A stretch of 54,011 bases of DNA, taken from IMG/VR virus record IMGVR_UViG_3300033145_000425, positions 1 through 54,011 of that record. The stretch is one strand, 5' to 3'. This DNA is from a virus (lineage: Duplodnaviria > Caudoviricetes). The position numbers and the translations under genes are program-made. Shown piece after piece: positions 1 to 10,237 of this stretch (position 1 is its first letter; each line of letters opens with the position of its first letter). The notes under the pieces are model-generated. The model searched no databases. It was given only the letters and a program-made list of their open reading frames with translations, and was not told the DNA's origin.

Positions 1-114
1 AATACTACCAAAATTCGTAAATTCATTGTGCCCTCCTTATGTACCAAAGTCTGTTATTATACCACCTGTTACGGTAACCGTGTTGCTATTGTTATCTTCA
101 AAACTTCCCGTCTG
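1..114. repeat. Terminal direct repeat, copy 1 (identical to 53898-54011); circular/complete contig signature
   Basis: First 114 nt (aatactacca...cccgtctg) match the last 114 nt exactly; the repeat falls inside coding sequence. Confidence 0.97.
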
Positions 115-1794
115 TCCAATGTTAGCACCTACCTCAAATCCCCCTGCATTGACATCGCCAACAAAATCTGCATCCCCATTATCCGACCTAATTTCAAAAT
201 TTTTCAATGCGGTTGCCCAACCCTGTAATACACCGACTCCACCATCCTCACGCAGATATACACGGTCTCCCGCAGCTTTTGAGTATACCGCGATGCCGGA
301 CAAAGTACCAGTTTGAATGTTGGTAGCGGTGAGGAGTCCTGTTACTATTTTGCCACCATCGATTATCGTCGTGTCACACTCACTGGTGCTCACCACGTCT
401 TTAGTAGCGAGATTGCCTTGGGAGGCGATGGTAGCTGCCTCATGGGTGCTGGTTACATCCGCATTTGCCTCTGCCGGGCCATTATTTAGGTTGAGTGCAT
501 TAACAGCATCCTCATCTACAGTCACAAGGTTGCCAGCATCAGTAAATTGGTCAATACCGGATGCACTAACTACGGTGAATGTGCCTTTGACCGCGAGCCC
601 GGAACCTGTCCAGTTCATATATGTAGTAGCATCACCAATGTAGAACTTTGGTTTACCGGCGTCCGAGTGGTCAATACCGAGTATAAATCCGCTCTGTGTG
701 TTGTCGTAGTCGGTTTTTCCTGCATTGATATAACAATCTGTCCCGCTCGATGCGAGAGTTATAGTTGTTGAGAACATGGTGCCGGAAGTCAGCTTATTTA
801 CTGTGAGGTCGTTGATTTTGGCGTCTGTGACGGCGAGGTTGGCTATCTGTGCCTCTTCCACTGCCAAAGCGGCTATCTGAGCCGTATCGACAGCGAGAAG
901 CCCGATTTTGGCATTAGTAACGGCAAGGTTACTTATTTTAGCCTCTACAATGGCCGCATCGAGTATATATGCGCTTCCAATGACCTGATTGGCGATGCTA
1001 TTCCACGCTACGTTGTGTGAGCCGGAATTATTCATACAAATGATGAAAGTGGTGTCATCACGGGTGGGCGCAGTATCAGACTTCTGATATGTGTTTACGG
1101 ACGATACAAGTTGCCAATATATGTACTTTTTATTACTATTCCCGGCAAGTATGGTGTATTTGTTGCCATTATAGTACAAACTATGACTATTCCACGCAAT
1201 CGATCCCGCTCCCGGAGTGTTGTCCGTCCATGTATCCCCATCGAGTATGGGTATTTTAGTGTATATCTTGGATGCAGTCACGGCAAAGTCCGCTATACTC
1301 GTGGCTGCCACACCAAGCGATATGCCCGATACGCCTGCTGTTGTAGATGGGTAGAAGTCCGACACCTCGCCAGACGTATTTACAGCCCGTATCCAGTAAT
1401 ACCGTGTCGTTTCGCCGAGCCCTATCGTGTCCAGGTACGTAATGCCCTTCTCTTTGGCTATCTTCACCGCAAGGTCGATGTCATTTGTCGTTGCCCTCCA
1501 CACTTCCATGTAGTCAAAGTCATAATCAGGTGAATTCTCCCATACCAGATTGATAGCATTGAGATACCCGGACGTGGTTAGCGTATCGGGCGTAGTCGGA
1601 GGAGGTTTTGCCCCCTCGATAACTATTGTGTTGTGGGCTGCATCCTCGATAGCCTGCCTGACACCATCTGAACCAACCGCTACCACCCTGACCTCGTATT
1701 TATGCCCCACAATGAGGTCATGTGTGATTACAGCCGTCCTGTCCCGTATAATACCCGTGCTCATAGCCATTTCTCCTGATATAGTCTGCGCCAT
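37..1794 (-). CDS. Tail fibre / C-terminal part of central tail-tip (gpJ-like) protein with FN3 domains; likely start 1764
   Basis: FN3-like motifs (LIVGHKYEVRVVAV; INLVW...YMEVWRA...RYYWIRAVNTSG), decapeptide repeats (AVTNAKIGLL/AVTDAKINDL), C-terminal VTVTGGIIT; ATG at 1764 overlaps the upstream TGA with AGGAG upstream. Confidence 0.75.
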   Translation of the reverse strand: MAQTISGEMAMSTGIIRDRTAVITHDLIVGHKYEVRVVAVGSDGVRQAIEDAAHNTIVIEGAKPPPTTPDTLTTSGYLNAINLVWENSPDYDFDYMEVWRATTNDIDLAVKIAKEKGITYLDTIGLGETTRYYWIRAVNTSGEVSDFYPSTTAGVSGISLGVAATSIADFAVTASKIYTKIPILDGDTWTDNTPGAGSIAWNSHSLYYNGNKYTILAGNSNKKYIYWQLVSSVNTYQKSDTAPTRDDTTFIICMNNSGSHNVAWNSIANQVIGSAYILDAAIVEAKISNLAVTNAKIGLLAVDTAQIAALAVEEAQIANLAVTDAKINDLTVNKLTSGTMFSTTITLASSGTDCYINAGKTDYDNTQSGFILGIDHSDAGKPKFYIGDATTYMNWTGSGLAVKGTFTVVSASGIDQFTDAGNLVTVDEDAVNALNLNNGPAEANADVTSTHEAATIASQGNLATKDVVSTSECDTTIIDGGKIVTGLLTATNIQTGTLSGIAVYSKAAGDRVYLREDGGVGVLQGWATALKNFEIRSDNGDADFVGDVNAGGFEVGANIGQTGSFEDNNSNTVTVTGGIITDFGT

Positions 1795-2342
1795 TCCGCT
1801 GTAGAATCGGGATTATTGCCCACGTTATGCCCTACTTTACTCACAAATACATGCCATTCTACATCACTGCTTGCCTTGTATAGTACCGCATCGTCAATAT
1901 CGTATGATACTGCTATATCCCATTCACCCATCCATCTAAGCGTGTCATCGATGAGCAGCCATGCCGGATTACCTGCGGATATTGCGCCGATTGGTATTAG
2001 CTCACCGGACAGCCCAATCACATATGTAGGTGTGGGCACAAGCCCCCCGGCAAGTGTAAGCCCACCGGGAAATGGGAGTGGTGTCACGAGAACGTTCAGG
2101 GTCGCTGACGGTGTAAGCGTACCCCCATAGATCCGATACCGTGTAGTAACGCGCGAGAGTGCTCCTGCGGAGGTCAGAGTTCCCCCTATCACCTTGGATA
2201 TGATAGGGGGTAGTCCTGAGTACACCCACGATGCCTGTTCCCTGTCCCCCACACTGAGTACGCCGTCGGCAACAGGATAGGTATTTAGCCCGGGCACACA
2301 CTGCAACACACTCCGGCGTTTGTTTTCTGTGTCAATCGCCAT
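1761..2342 (-). CDS. Virion-associated protein with C-terminal WxGxW..Y..DD.V (carbohydrate-binding-like) module
   Basis: Gly/Thr-rich beta repeats (GGTLTSAGAL, GGTLTPSATL); C-terminal LRWMGEW...YDIDDAV...NVGNNP. Confidence 0.5.
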   Translation of the reverse strand: MAIDTENKRRSVLQCVPGLNTYPVADGVLSVGDREQASWVYSGLPPIISKVIGGTLTSAGALSRVTTRYRIYGGTLTPSATLNVLVTPLPFPGGLTLAGGLVPTPTYVIGLSGELIPIGAISAGNPAWLLIDDTLRWMGEWDIAVSYDIDDAVLYKASSDVEWHVFVSKVGHNVGNNPDSTAEWRRLYQEKWL

Positions 2343-2860
2343 TAAGGTCCACTCACCATTTTAGCGCGTGTAAAGTCAACAGAGTCATCAGCAAGGGTTG
2401 CTTTGGCTATAACTGCCCCCGCATTATTGTTTATTTCCAGTAAAGTAGCGCTCGTAGTGGTCAAATTACGGAGTGTCATGTAGAGAAGCATGAGAGCATT
2501 GCGTAATGTGGGGGTCGCTGATGGTTGCCCCTGTGCTAACTCGGCAAGCGTAATATCCTCTGTGGGCGTAAATGTATGAATGACGTGGAGAGGGATATTA
2601 GCACCAGTCGTACTGGAGGTCATCTTTATGACCTTAAGGTCAAAATTCATCTCTGCCTGAGTAATATCAAGACTATACACCCCGGTTGCTTGAATCTCAG
2701 TCAACTCATTATCCATGTCGGAGAAATTACCCTTATCGTCAGAATCCTCCGAGTCTAACCCTGCGGCCCCACTGACATAGGCATCTGACCATTCACCATC
2801 ATATACAGGTGTTACAAGGACAAAGGCAACGTTCTTGGGCGCTCGAATATGAATTATCAT
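2342..2860 (-). CDS. Hypothetical virion-associated protein
   Basis: 172-aa ORF with GGAG RBS; stop overlaps the next start. Confidence 0.55.
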   Translation of the reverse strand: MIIHIRAPKNVAFVLVTPVYDGEWSDAYVSGAAGLDSEDSDDKGNFSDMDNELTEIQATGVYSLDITQAEMNFDLKVIKMTSSTTGANIPLHVIHTFTPTEDITLAELAQGQPSATPTLRNALMLLYMTLRNLTTTSATLLEINNNAGAVIAKATLADDSVDFTRAKMVSGP

Positions 2861-2870
2861 AATTTATCTC

Positions 2871-3725
2871 CTATTCTGTCCAGACTTCAGCAAACAACAC
2901 ATCCATATCAGTTTGTACTCCGTTTTTATTTCTTGTTGCAAAACCGAGAGGCATGGCAAGGTCCGGGAGTCGTGCTGTGTGCGTTGCCAGTAGAACATCA
3001 TCAACAATACACTTAACCGAAGTGCCTGCTGTTAATATCAACTCAACTGTATGATAAGAACCCTCTGCCATCTCAGCCGAAATAGCTGTTGTCTCAATAA
3101 TACCATCTGACGTGTTGAAATTAATTACATCATTATTACAATGTACACAAGCTTCAGGGTTGACAGTACCATAGAAATTTGCCGATAGAGGCGATTGGCA
3201 AAAACCAAATCCATATTCTCCTTCTGTGTCATCACACTGTATCCGTGTTCTAAAATGCAATTCATCTTTTAATAAATTGACAAAATCCCACACGAACATA
3301 CCCACTGTATTGATATAAGCATCATTATCACCAACTGACCCGGCGGTAATCTCACACCTTACATCAGTTGCACCAAAATGAACCCGCACAACAGCATCAT
3401 TATCTTCCACAACGTTCCATTTTGCCGTATCCGGGACGGCTAAAGACCCAACTGTGGCAAAATACTCATTCAGAGTTGGTTGCCCAAAACTACCCATAAA
3501 TGCTTTTTCTTTCCCAGTTAGTGTGCCGACTGCGGCGAGTGCATCAATAATATCCTTATGAGTCCCACTTGCCCCCATGAGGTTGGACTCGGTAGTAGAC
3601 AGGGATTGGTCTACATTCGTGTTCACCGTATCCACAACACTCTTCACGCCTGCAACATCTACTGCTACGCTGGCACCCGCCGGTGTTCCAACTCTCGCAA
3701 GAATTCCACCTGCTTTATCCGCCAT
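2871..3725 (-). CDS. Hypothetical protein; C-terminal beta-sandwich, possibly concanavalin/lectin-like
   Basis: YHTVELIL...VKCIVDDVLLATHT..LP pattern resembles LamG/ConA-like phage domains (inference). Confidence 0.45.
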   Translation of the reverse strand: MADKAGGILARVGTPAGASVAVDVAGVKSVVDTVNTNVDQSLSTTESNLMGASGTHKDIIDALAAVGTLTGKEKAFMGSFGQPTLNEYFATVGSLAVPDTAKWNVVEDNDAVVRVHFGATDVRCEITAGSVGDNDAYINTVGMFVWDFVNLLKDELHFRTRIQCDDTEGEYGFGFCQSPLSANFYGTVNPEACVHCNNDVINFNTSDGIIETTAISAEMAEGSYHTVELILTAGTSVKCIVDDVLLATHTARLPDLAMPLGFATRNKNGVQTDMDVLFAEVWTE

Positions 3726-3726
3726 G

Positions 3727-4236
3727 TCATCCTCCCGCCGTACAGGTTAGCTGATACGTAAATTCTATCTTATCACCCGACGCCACGGTAATCGCCGAGA
3801 ACACACTCCTATCCATGAGCGTACCAGCAGCAGCGGCATTGAACAATCCGTGCTCGGTAATCGCAAATGAACCGGCATAAGTGTTCGTAGCTACCGACTT
3901 GTAAATGTTAGCCGTCGCCCCCTCAATCTGCGTCCCCACATCACGTGCTTCCCCACATGGTGTCTGGAGCACTGTATCCGCTGCCGCCTCCACGTTCGTC
4001 CCGGTACCGGAGTCATGGTACTTAAAGTCAGAAAAGCTCGCTACGGAACTCTGAAGCGTATCTACAAGCGCGGCTACAAACGCATCCGTGACTACCCGCT
4101 TACAAACTACGCCGTAGTCTATTACAGTCCCATCTCCACGTATAAGACGGGCGGATAGATTGGATTGCCAGCGAACCCACCCTTTACCCATGACTTTGTT
4201 AATGATATCACCAATATATACTAACACCTGTCCCAT
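3727..4236 (-). CDS. Hypothetical virion structural protein
   Basis: Motifs SGTGT..EAAADT.L and ITEHGLFNAAAAGTLMDRSVF...VASGD.IEFTY.LT, typical of tail-fibre-proximal phage proteins. Confidence 0.55.
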   Translation of the reverse strand: MGQVLVYIGDIINKVMGKGWVRWQSNLSARLIRGDGTVIDYGVVCKRVVTDAFVAALVDTLQSSVASFSDFKYHDSGTGTNVEAAADTVLQTPCGEARDVGTQIEGATANIYKSVATNTYAGSFAITEHGLFNAAAAGTLMDRSVFSAITVASGDKIEFTYQLTCTAGG

Positions 4237-4358
4237 TATTCTTTCCCTCCTCGTATGATGTCCAATTTCTTGAACTGTTTCTTTCCCCTTTTCTTAATCC
4301 GTATGGAAAGTGTTTCGTGTTGTGCCGGTGCTTTTCTGTAAATTGTTGTCTTTGCCAT
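4236..4358 (-). CDS. Small basic protein (40 aa), not in the ORF track
   Basis: MAKTTIYRKAPAQHETLSIRIKKRGKKQFKKLDIIRGGKE*; fills the gap and its TAA overlaps the next ATG. Confidence 0.5.
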   Translation of the reverse strand: MAKTTIYRKAPAQHETLSIRIKKRGKKQFKKLDIIRGGKE

Positions 4359-4361
4359 AGC

Positions 4362-4613
4362 TTAATGTAGTCCATTTAGTCTGGATTCTAATCTCGTTAT
4401 CCGGTCTTGTACTGCTTTAAGATCGGACTTGTGTGTCTTTTGGTCGGATTTATACTCATTACTCCAGAGTTTATCGTCCTTAATCCCTTTAACAGTAGAA
4501 TAGAGGAAAGCGATGTATACTGTGTTGACAACAGACAAAATTAATAAGGCAAGCAGTAAACCGGCTGTACCTTTCTCCATTAGTGCGGCCAAGCTCATAA
4601 ATCCCATATCCAT
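4362..4613 (-). CDS. Small membrane protein, holin-like (one TM helix plus coiled-coil tail)
   Basis: Hydrophobic GLLLALLILSVVNTVYIAFLY followed by DRITRLESRLNG. Confidence 0.5.
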   Translation of the reverse strand: MDMGFMSLAALMEKGTAGLLLALLILSVVNTVYIAFLYSTVKGIKDDKLWSNEYKSDQKTHKSDLKAVQDRITRLESRLNGLH

Positions 4614-4616
4614 CTC

Positions 4617-7600
4617 CTATACGCTAACTGGTGTTGATTTATTGTCATCCTCAAGACTAATATATGTTTTTCCATCGAGTTCTACCTTATCGCCTTGCTC
4701 ATATCCTGCCCCATCAGCCAACTTCCCCTCCGCTGCCCATGTTCCCTGCCAATCAATATCTATCGCATCCACATCCCTGAACCATATCTCCCATGTGCCC
4801 CGGGTATTGCCCAACTCTACATCCCATGTCGCAAGGATACTGGACTCAAAAGTGCCGGTCTTGCGGTTTTCGGAGAATGTTTCCTGTAACTGGACATTGG
4901 ATGCTTTATTAATTAATTCCTTTACCGTCTCTGTTGTATCGCTGGGTGGCCTGATGGCGGGTTTGGATAAACCACCGTCCCATCCAGCTTCCGACTCAGG
5001 GTCACTTGGTACATAACTATCATACAGATCCGCATCATACTGTACCAGTGTCAATGTCCTCATAAGCTCTGAAGTACGGCTGATGTCTGTGATACGGTAC
5101 TTGTTGACTATTGTATCACTGTCATCACCAAATGAATATACATCATATTGCTGCGGAGGTACAGTCCACACAGTGCTATAATTTAGGCTATCCCGTGTTT
5201 CTCCCGTATTAAGGCTCGTGGTTTTGGTTATGCGTGTGCCACTTCTCCAGACTATGAGCTCATCATCGCCTGCCAGCGTAACTTCTCGGTCAAGCGTCAC
5301 CCGCGCCTGTTGCATCCAATCCGTAACCGCTGCCGCTTCCTCTACCTGTACCGCATCAAAATAAGCCGAACCCTCTCCGCCCAGCCATATCGTGAGAGTG
5401 GTTTGTCCGGGTTCCGTAGTCACAGTAAATTCGAGTCTTTCCCACGCATTCAGCCCCGCAGGATGTTTACTCGGATATGCGCTGCCTATCTTCGTCATAA
5501 TACGTAACGATGTGTCTGTGTGTGGGTAGGTGTAACATGACAGGGTGTATTGGGTAGAGGCCTTTAATCCTGTAATTGTCTGGCTAATACCACCGTTTTC
5601 AACGGCCCCAGTGTGGTAATAAGCCTTGTCGCCACTATATTTCCTCGCCGTGGAGATTATACGGGTTGCGGTTCCCCAATTAACCCAACTACTGAAGTCT
5701 GTTTCAAAGCTGGGATTGGATATGGGGTTTTCCTCATACTTCACAATACGCCCGCCACGCCCGGCATTCAACACATCATGCTGCACTTCCACCACATCTC
5801 CCGCCTGCGCCGCCAACGCATCTATATCCACGCCAAAAGATATTGCATTGTTAAGAAGTTCATTCCCCATGAGTATGAAACGCGCAGTAGCCCATGCCTG
5901 GTCAAATGTAGTAGTGCCATAAAGCGTTATAGTTACGGGTATACTGGGCATCTCGCTGCTGTCCCAGTCCTCCGTCCTCGCCGCCAGAGTCGTTTTCTCA
6001 TAGTTACGTTCCCGGTCATAGTAATTCGCCTCTATCATGTTTATCTTCTGATTGGATTCCATGAACTTCTGTACAAACGTACCGGTATGGATATTACCCA
6101 TAGTGAATAGCTGAGTGGCATCCGCTGCTTTGTCCGTAAACGCGTATATCTTAGACCCGACCGGATACACCATGCCCCGTCCCTCCTGACATACCCGCAA
6201 TATCGCATCCCAAGCGGTCATAAACGTATCAAACACTATATTGAGCTCATAGTCCAATGTCTCTATGTTGTCTGCCCATTCCCTGAATGATTCATAGTCA
6301 AGACGGTCTTTGTCCACACCACACCCGTATATTGCCTCTGCATCCTCATTGCCTGCTGTCGGGTACGCCGGGTGGTCAGGATGCCCCTGTGCAAGTATAT
6401 CATACACTGCCCATGCGTGATTGTCAGCAGGCCCCTCTACCCACAATCCGGTAGCCGTGAGCGTTATTTGCGTGGTCATAGCGCCATTTTCATTGATTGT
6501 GATGGTGCTATAGTCACTATCAAGATATAAGCGTTCAAAACCCATTACCTCGAACGCCACTTTACGGCTAATTTTGTACACACCATTATTTGCCCCACCA
6601 CTCACTACCGCACCGCTAATTGTAATAAACTGCCCTACCTGAAAATCATTCCAGTCGCCGTAGTATCCTTTGATGCGGATATAATTACCTGAAGCATAAA
6701 GTGTTATTTTGCTTGTAGTAAGTGTCTTTGCGTGTCGTGTATTATACACCCACACCTGACTCCTCTCCACATCCACCTGTACATCCAAATCTCCGCTGAT
6801 TTGCCCTGATGCCAGCGCTTTAATGCCGAGTAGGGGTTCACCGGGGTAGGTAAATCCGGGAGCCGACCTATCTGCATTTTCCTCTCCATAAACAACAGTT
6901 GCCACATTCGTCAGTTTTATAATAGATGGTGAACTTGCCGCTACACGTATCTCATATGTTTTGCCATATCCAAGTACCTCGTTTGCCTTTTTAGCGTTTA
7001 CAGATATGTGGAAATTCTGCGGTTTTGAGCGTGTTATTGCGCCTGCAGAAGGATCAGTATTCGTAATCTTATAATCTGTACCAGTGGCAAAGCCAAACTC
7101 AAAGTCAATCCAGCTTTCCGTATCACTATCTGTGTATTCTCTGTATTGGGCGAATACTCTACAAGAAGCATTCACCGTCTCTCCGGTTGTAGTCACCCCA
7201 TATAGCCCAAATGGGAATTCAAATATAAGTTGAATATCGTGTGCATTCGTTAATTTGAGACCCGGTTCATACCAATCGTCCGCAACCGGCATATTAGTGC
7301 CATATGGGTATTTTTTATCGTACCAACCCTGCGTGTCAACCCTAAAAGTGAAAATGTCATAGGCGGTGCCTGGAAGAGTAACATTGCCATACGCTTTTTG
7401 ATATTCTTTTTCGGACACCGCTTTGTCAAAAATAAGGTGAACAGTATGGGGGAGCATAGCTGGCGTAAGTACATACTCGTCTGCCTTTATCGTATAGGAT
7501 TCCCCTCGAAGAAGGAGCTGGTGCTCGTCCCAGCTTACCACCATAGCATCCGTATCTATTCGAAAATTAGCCGCTTCTTTAACAATTTCCGGGTAATCCA

Positions 7601-8474
7601 GATAAAGCATCTCGCCTAACACATAATGGGTATAAGTAACATCAAAATCCAATACCACCGTCTGTTCCGACAACCCTGGTCGCGTTTCCCATTCCACATC
7701 CTTATCAAAGTCCTCGATTGCCCGCCCGTCAATAGTTATATCATCATGGAAGGAAGCCATGCCCTTCCCAAATGGCATATCGGCAAGATAAGCTGCTACG
7801 GCTGGTATATTGTTTGGGTCTGGACCATTGTACACCAGCGGATAGACAAGTGTTGCTCCCAACATTGATGGATGTGTAAATTCCTCACCGCCGCCGACGA
7901 GACCTTCTATAGCATCAGATAGGGTAGCCACCCCGGTCCTCTCATCAACTTTATGTGCAGCTATCCCATACAGCGCATACAACATCTGCCTATCTCCGTC
8001 TATAGTAACATACCTGTTCTTCAGCGCCGGTCGTACCCGCGCCTTACCATAGATTATGGGCATAGGCAAACCATGAGCTGCTGTAGGGCTATTTCGATGT
8101 TGCCATGCGTATGATTCCGACATGGACTGGTTTATCTCTTTATCCTTGAGAAATAGTGAAATTGCAACACTTCCCAAGTATGCGGCGGCAGGTCCCCAAC
8201 CTGGTATGAAGCTCACCGCTGTCATTGCCGAATACCCAAGTAGCCGTTGCGATTGCCTATCCACGCCCGCAACCATAGGCATCACCACATACTCATCGGT
8301 ATCCGCTGGGAATATCTTATCCAGCGGCAGTGGAATGATTTCGCGGTTATAAGCAACCACACACTCACCGTCAAACCCCATATACTCTGATAAAGGCTTA
8401 CCTTTCTCCCAGACATACTCCTCTGTGGTAGCCCCACCAGTCAATGGATTTAGTATGTTAGTTATCTTGAACAT
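4617..8474 (-). CDS. Tail tip / host-specificity protein (lambda gpI+gpJ-like) with inserted carbohydrate-binding domain
   Basis: PMPIIYGKARV, DNHAWAVYDIL, LFTMGNI and GDVVEVQH motifs of J-like hubs; NPSFETDFSSW...YFDAVQVEE CBM4/9-like insert; follows the NlpC gene. Confidence 0.85.
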   Translation of the reverse strand: MFKITNILNPLTGGATTEEYVWEKGKPLSEYMGFDGECVVAYNREIIPLPLDKIFPADTDEYVVMPMVAGVDRQSQRLLGYSAMTAVSFIPGWGPAAAYLGSVAISLFLKDKEINQSMSESYAWQHRNSPTAAHGLPMPIIYGKARVRPALKNRYVTIDGDRQMLYALYGIAAHKVDERTGVATLSDAIEGLVGGGEEFTHPSMLGATLVYPLVYNGPDPNNIPAVAAYLADMPFGKGMASFHDDITIDGRAIEDFDKDVEWETRPGLSEQTVVLDFDVTYTHYVLGEMLYLDYPEIVKEAANFRIDTDAMVVSWDEHQLLLRGESYTIKADEYVLTPAMLPHTVHLIFDKAVSEKEYQKAYGNVTLPGTAYDIFTFRVDTQGWYDKKYPYGTNMPVADDWYEPGLKLTNAHDIQLIFEFPFGLYGVTTTGETVNASCRVFAQYREYTDSDTESWIDFEFGFATGTDYKITNTDPSAGAITRSKPQNFHISVNAKKANEVLGYGKTYEIRVAASSPSIIKLTNVATVVYGEENADRSAPGFTYPGEPLLGIKALASGQISGDLDVQVDVERSQVWVYNTRHAKTLTTSKITLYASGNYIRIKGYYGDWNDFQVGQFITISGAVVSGGANNGVYKISRKVAFEVMGFERLYLDSDYSTITINENGAMTTQITLTATGLWVEGPADNHAWAVYDILAQGHPDHPAYPTAGNEDAEAIYGCGVDKDRLDYESFREWADNIETLDYELNIVFDTFMTAWDAILRVCQEGRGMVYPVGSKIYAFTDKAADATQLFTMGNIHTGTFVQKFMESNQKINMIEANYYDRERNYEKTTLAARTEDWDSSEMPSIPVTITLYGTTTFDQAWATARFILMGNELLNNAISFGVDIDALAAQAGDVVEVQHDVLNAGRGGRIVKYEENPISNPSFETDFSSWVNWGTATRIISTARKYSGDKAYYHTGAVENGGISQTITGLKASTQYTLSCYTYPHTDTSLRIMTKIGSAYPSKHPAGLNAWERLEFTVTTEPGQTTLTIWLGGEGSAYFDAVQVEEAAAVTDWMQQARVTLDREVTLAGDDELIVWRSGTRITKTTSLNTGETRDSLNYSTVWTVPPQQYDVYSFGDDSDTIVNKYRITDISRTSELMRTLTLVQYDADLYDSYVPSDPESEAGWDGGLSKPAIRPPSDTTETVKELINKASNVQLQETFSENRKTGTFESSILATWDVELGNTRGTWEIWFRDVDAIDIDWQGTWAAEGKLADGAGYEQGDKVELDGKTYISLEDDNKSTPVSV

Positions 8475-8868
8475 ATCTATAATATCCCGCTATACGGCTT
8501 TTCAGTGCATCTACTCTCGACAATATAACTCCCGTACCTTTTGTTGTGTGAATTATCCTATTTCCCCCAATATACACGCCCGCATGGGTAATAAGTGTTG
8601 GGTGCATCCGCATCAGCACTACCAGTGGCGCATCTTTGTCCGCCGGTCTGTACACCTCTTCCCATTTTCGTGACTCTACAGCTTCCCCTGCAAGAGCATT
8701 AATAGCTTGGCAAGCGAACGCATCTACTGTAAAATCGGGTACAGGCGCCTTATACCGCTTAAACACTTCCATTACCAATCCCCAACAGTCGAGCCCGGTA
8801 TCCACGTTCCGGCCACCATCCACAAACTGCTTGCCAATGAGATTGTCCAATTTAGCCATAGACTCCAC
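8458..8868 (-). CDS. NlpC/P60 tail assembly protein (gpK-like)
   Basis: GLDCWGLV catalytic Cys motif; HAGVYIG..RIIH. Confidence 0.9.
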   Translation of the reverse strand: MESMAKLDNLIGKQFVDGGRNVDTGLDCWGLVMEVFKRYKAPVPDFTVDAFACQAINALAGEAVESRKWEEVYRPADKDAPLVVLMRMHPTLITHAGVYIGGNRIIHTTKGTGVILSRVDALKSRIAGYYRYVQDN

Positions 8869-10237
8869 CCGCTATGCCCGGACTTCCTCCGTAGTTCTGG
8901 GAGTTATTCCGTAGCTTACACGCCCCGAGCGTATGGTCACAATTCTCATACCCCACCGTTAATGTAATCTCGTTACCAGCACTCTCTGTCACCATCTCCT
9001 GCATCCCGGGCTCACTCCCCGTAAACACCCGTACATACTTATCATCCACGCCATAAAACCTGTTTGCCCTAAAAAACCCATCATTATACTTTGACCCGCT
9101 CACTATAAATCCTACATCAGTATTTAGACCTGCAGGATCGGAGGCGGTATAATCGCCAGCAGTAGCGCCCTCCACTAAACATATTCCGTCAAAGAAAGTA
9201 TAACCCGAATCTCCGCCCAGATAGATACGCGCGCCGATATATGATGCAGGTCCCATGTTCTCGATAACAAAGCGTACCCATTGATCCTTTTGTGGGATTC
9301 TTACCTCTCTGGGGCCAATAGATGAATATATGTAGGCGTCCGTCCAAAAGTATTCTTCACTACACCAAACCCAGCCAGACAAAGAGTAGTATTTGCCCTT
9401 TTCTACGGTAAAGCCTTGGGATATCCCTCGGGATGATTGACTTCCAGCTTCTTGTCGGTGCTTATAACTATAGCTCCCAAACTTAGACCGTTCACTTGAC
9501 CGCTCCGCAACCCAAGCGTTTCCGTCTATATCCCACCCGCTTAAATCATAATACTCAAAATCCCCATTGTGCAATAAATTACCTGGACAATACAGTCTTC
9601 CCCGTTGTAGGGAAAAGAGATCGAGAAGGCCACCATCGTTTACCCATACTGTGTTGTAGTCATCGCCTTTAGTAAAGGATATTTGGCTGCTGGTGAGGGT
9701 ATAGATATCAGAAGCCACTACATATCCACATAATGCCCCTGTAAACTTATGCCTGCAAAAACTTGGTACATACCTATCGCGCGGAAACCTCTTACTGAGC
9801 AAACTGGGAATACCGATAGTAAACACTACCGCATTGGCAACGAGTTCACAATTAAGTATTTCCACCAATTCATCAATAGCGGGTGTGGTTAAGTTAAGAT
9901 GGTCGGAGTGCACCACCATGAGCCGTACTGTGCTCCCTGTGAGTCCTCCGGTTTCTTTAATCTGTCCGCGTAGATTGCTACTTAAATCCACTTCACTTAT
10001 TTGCAGTCTGTATTCCGGGAACTTCCCGCTTGTCGAAACACTCAAGTCGTCCATGCTGAATGAAGTGGCATAATAGAGTTCTTCGTTAACGCCTGTCGGC
10101 CATCTCACATTGGAATTGTTATTAGCAAATCTTAAAGTAGTCTGGCCAGTAGTGATAATCTCTAACAGCCATATCCACGCACCACTACTCGCTATCTTAT
10201 TCTGCTCCGTTATATATCTGCTATCTAATACGTCCAT
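8852..10237 (-). CDS. Minor tail protein gpL-like with internal CBM4/9-like insertion
   Basis: CRHKF..LCGY and CDHTLGAC...NYGGSPGI Cys motifs of gpL; NLLHNGDFE...FFDGICLVEG insert; start moved to the ATG overlapping the upstream TGA. Confidence 0.8.
   Translation of the reverse strand: MDVLDSRYITEQNKIASSGAWIWLLEIITTGQTTLRFANNNSNVRWPTGVNEELYYATSFSMDDLSVSTSGKFPEYRLQISEVDLSSNLRGQIKETGGLTGSTVRLMVVHSDHLNLTTPAIDELVEILNCELVANAVVFTIGIPSLLSKRFPRDRYVPSFCRHKFTGALCGYVVASDIYTLTSSQISFTKGDDYNTVWVNDGGLLDLFSLQRGRLYCPGNLLHNGDFEYYDLSGWDIDGNAWVAERSSERSKFGSYSYKHRQEAGSQSSRGISQGFTVEKGKYYSLSGWVWCSEEYFWTDAYIYSSIGPREVRIPQKDQWVRFVIENMGPASYIGARIYLGGDSGYTFFDGICLVEGATAGDYTASDPAGLNTDVGFIVSGSKYNDGFFRANRFYGVDDKYVRVFTGSEPGMQEMVTESAGNEITLTVGYENCDHTLGACKLRNNSQNYGGSPGIAGGVYG

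Noticed and set aside
1-114. 114-bp terminal repeat as a biological terminal repeat
   Set aside because: It cuts through coding sequence at the tail-fibre/lipoprotein gene junction; more likely an assembler overlap on a circular contig
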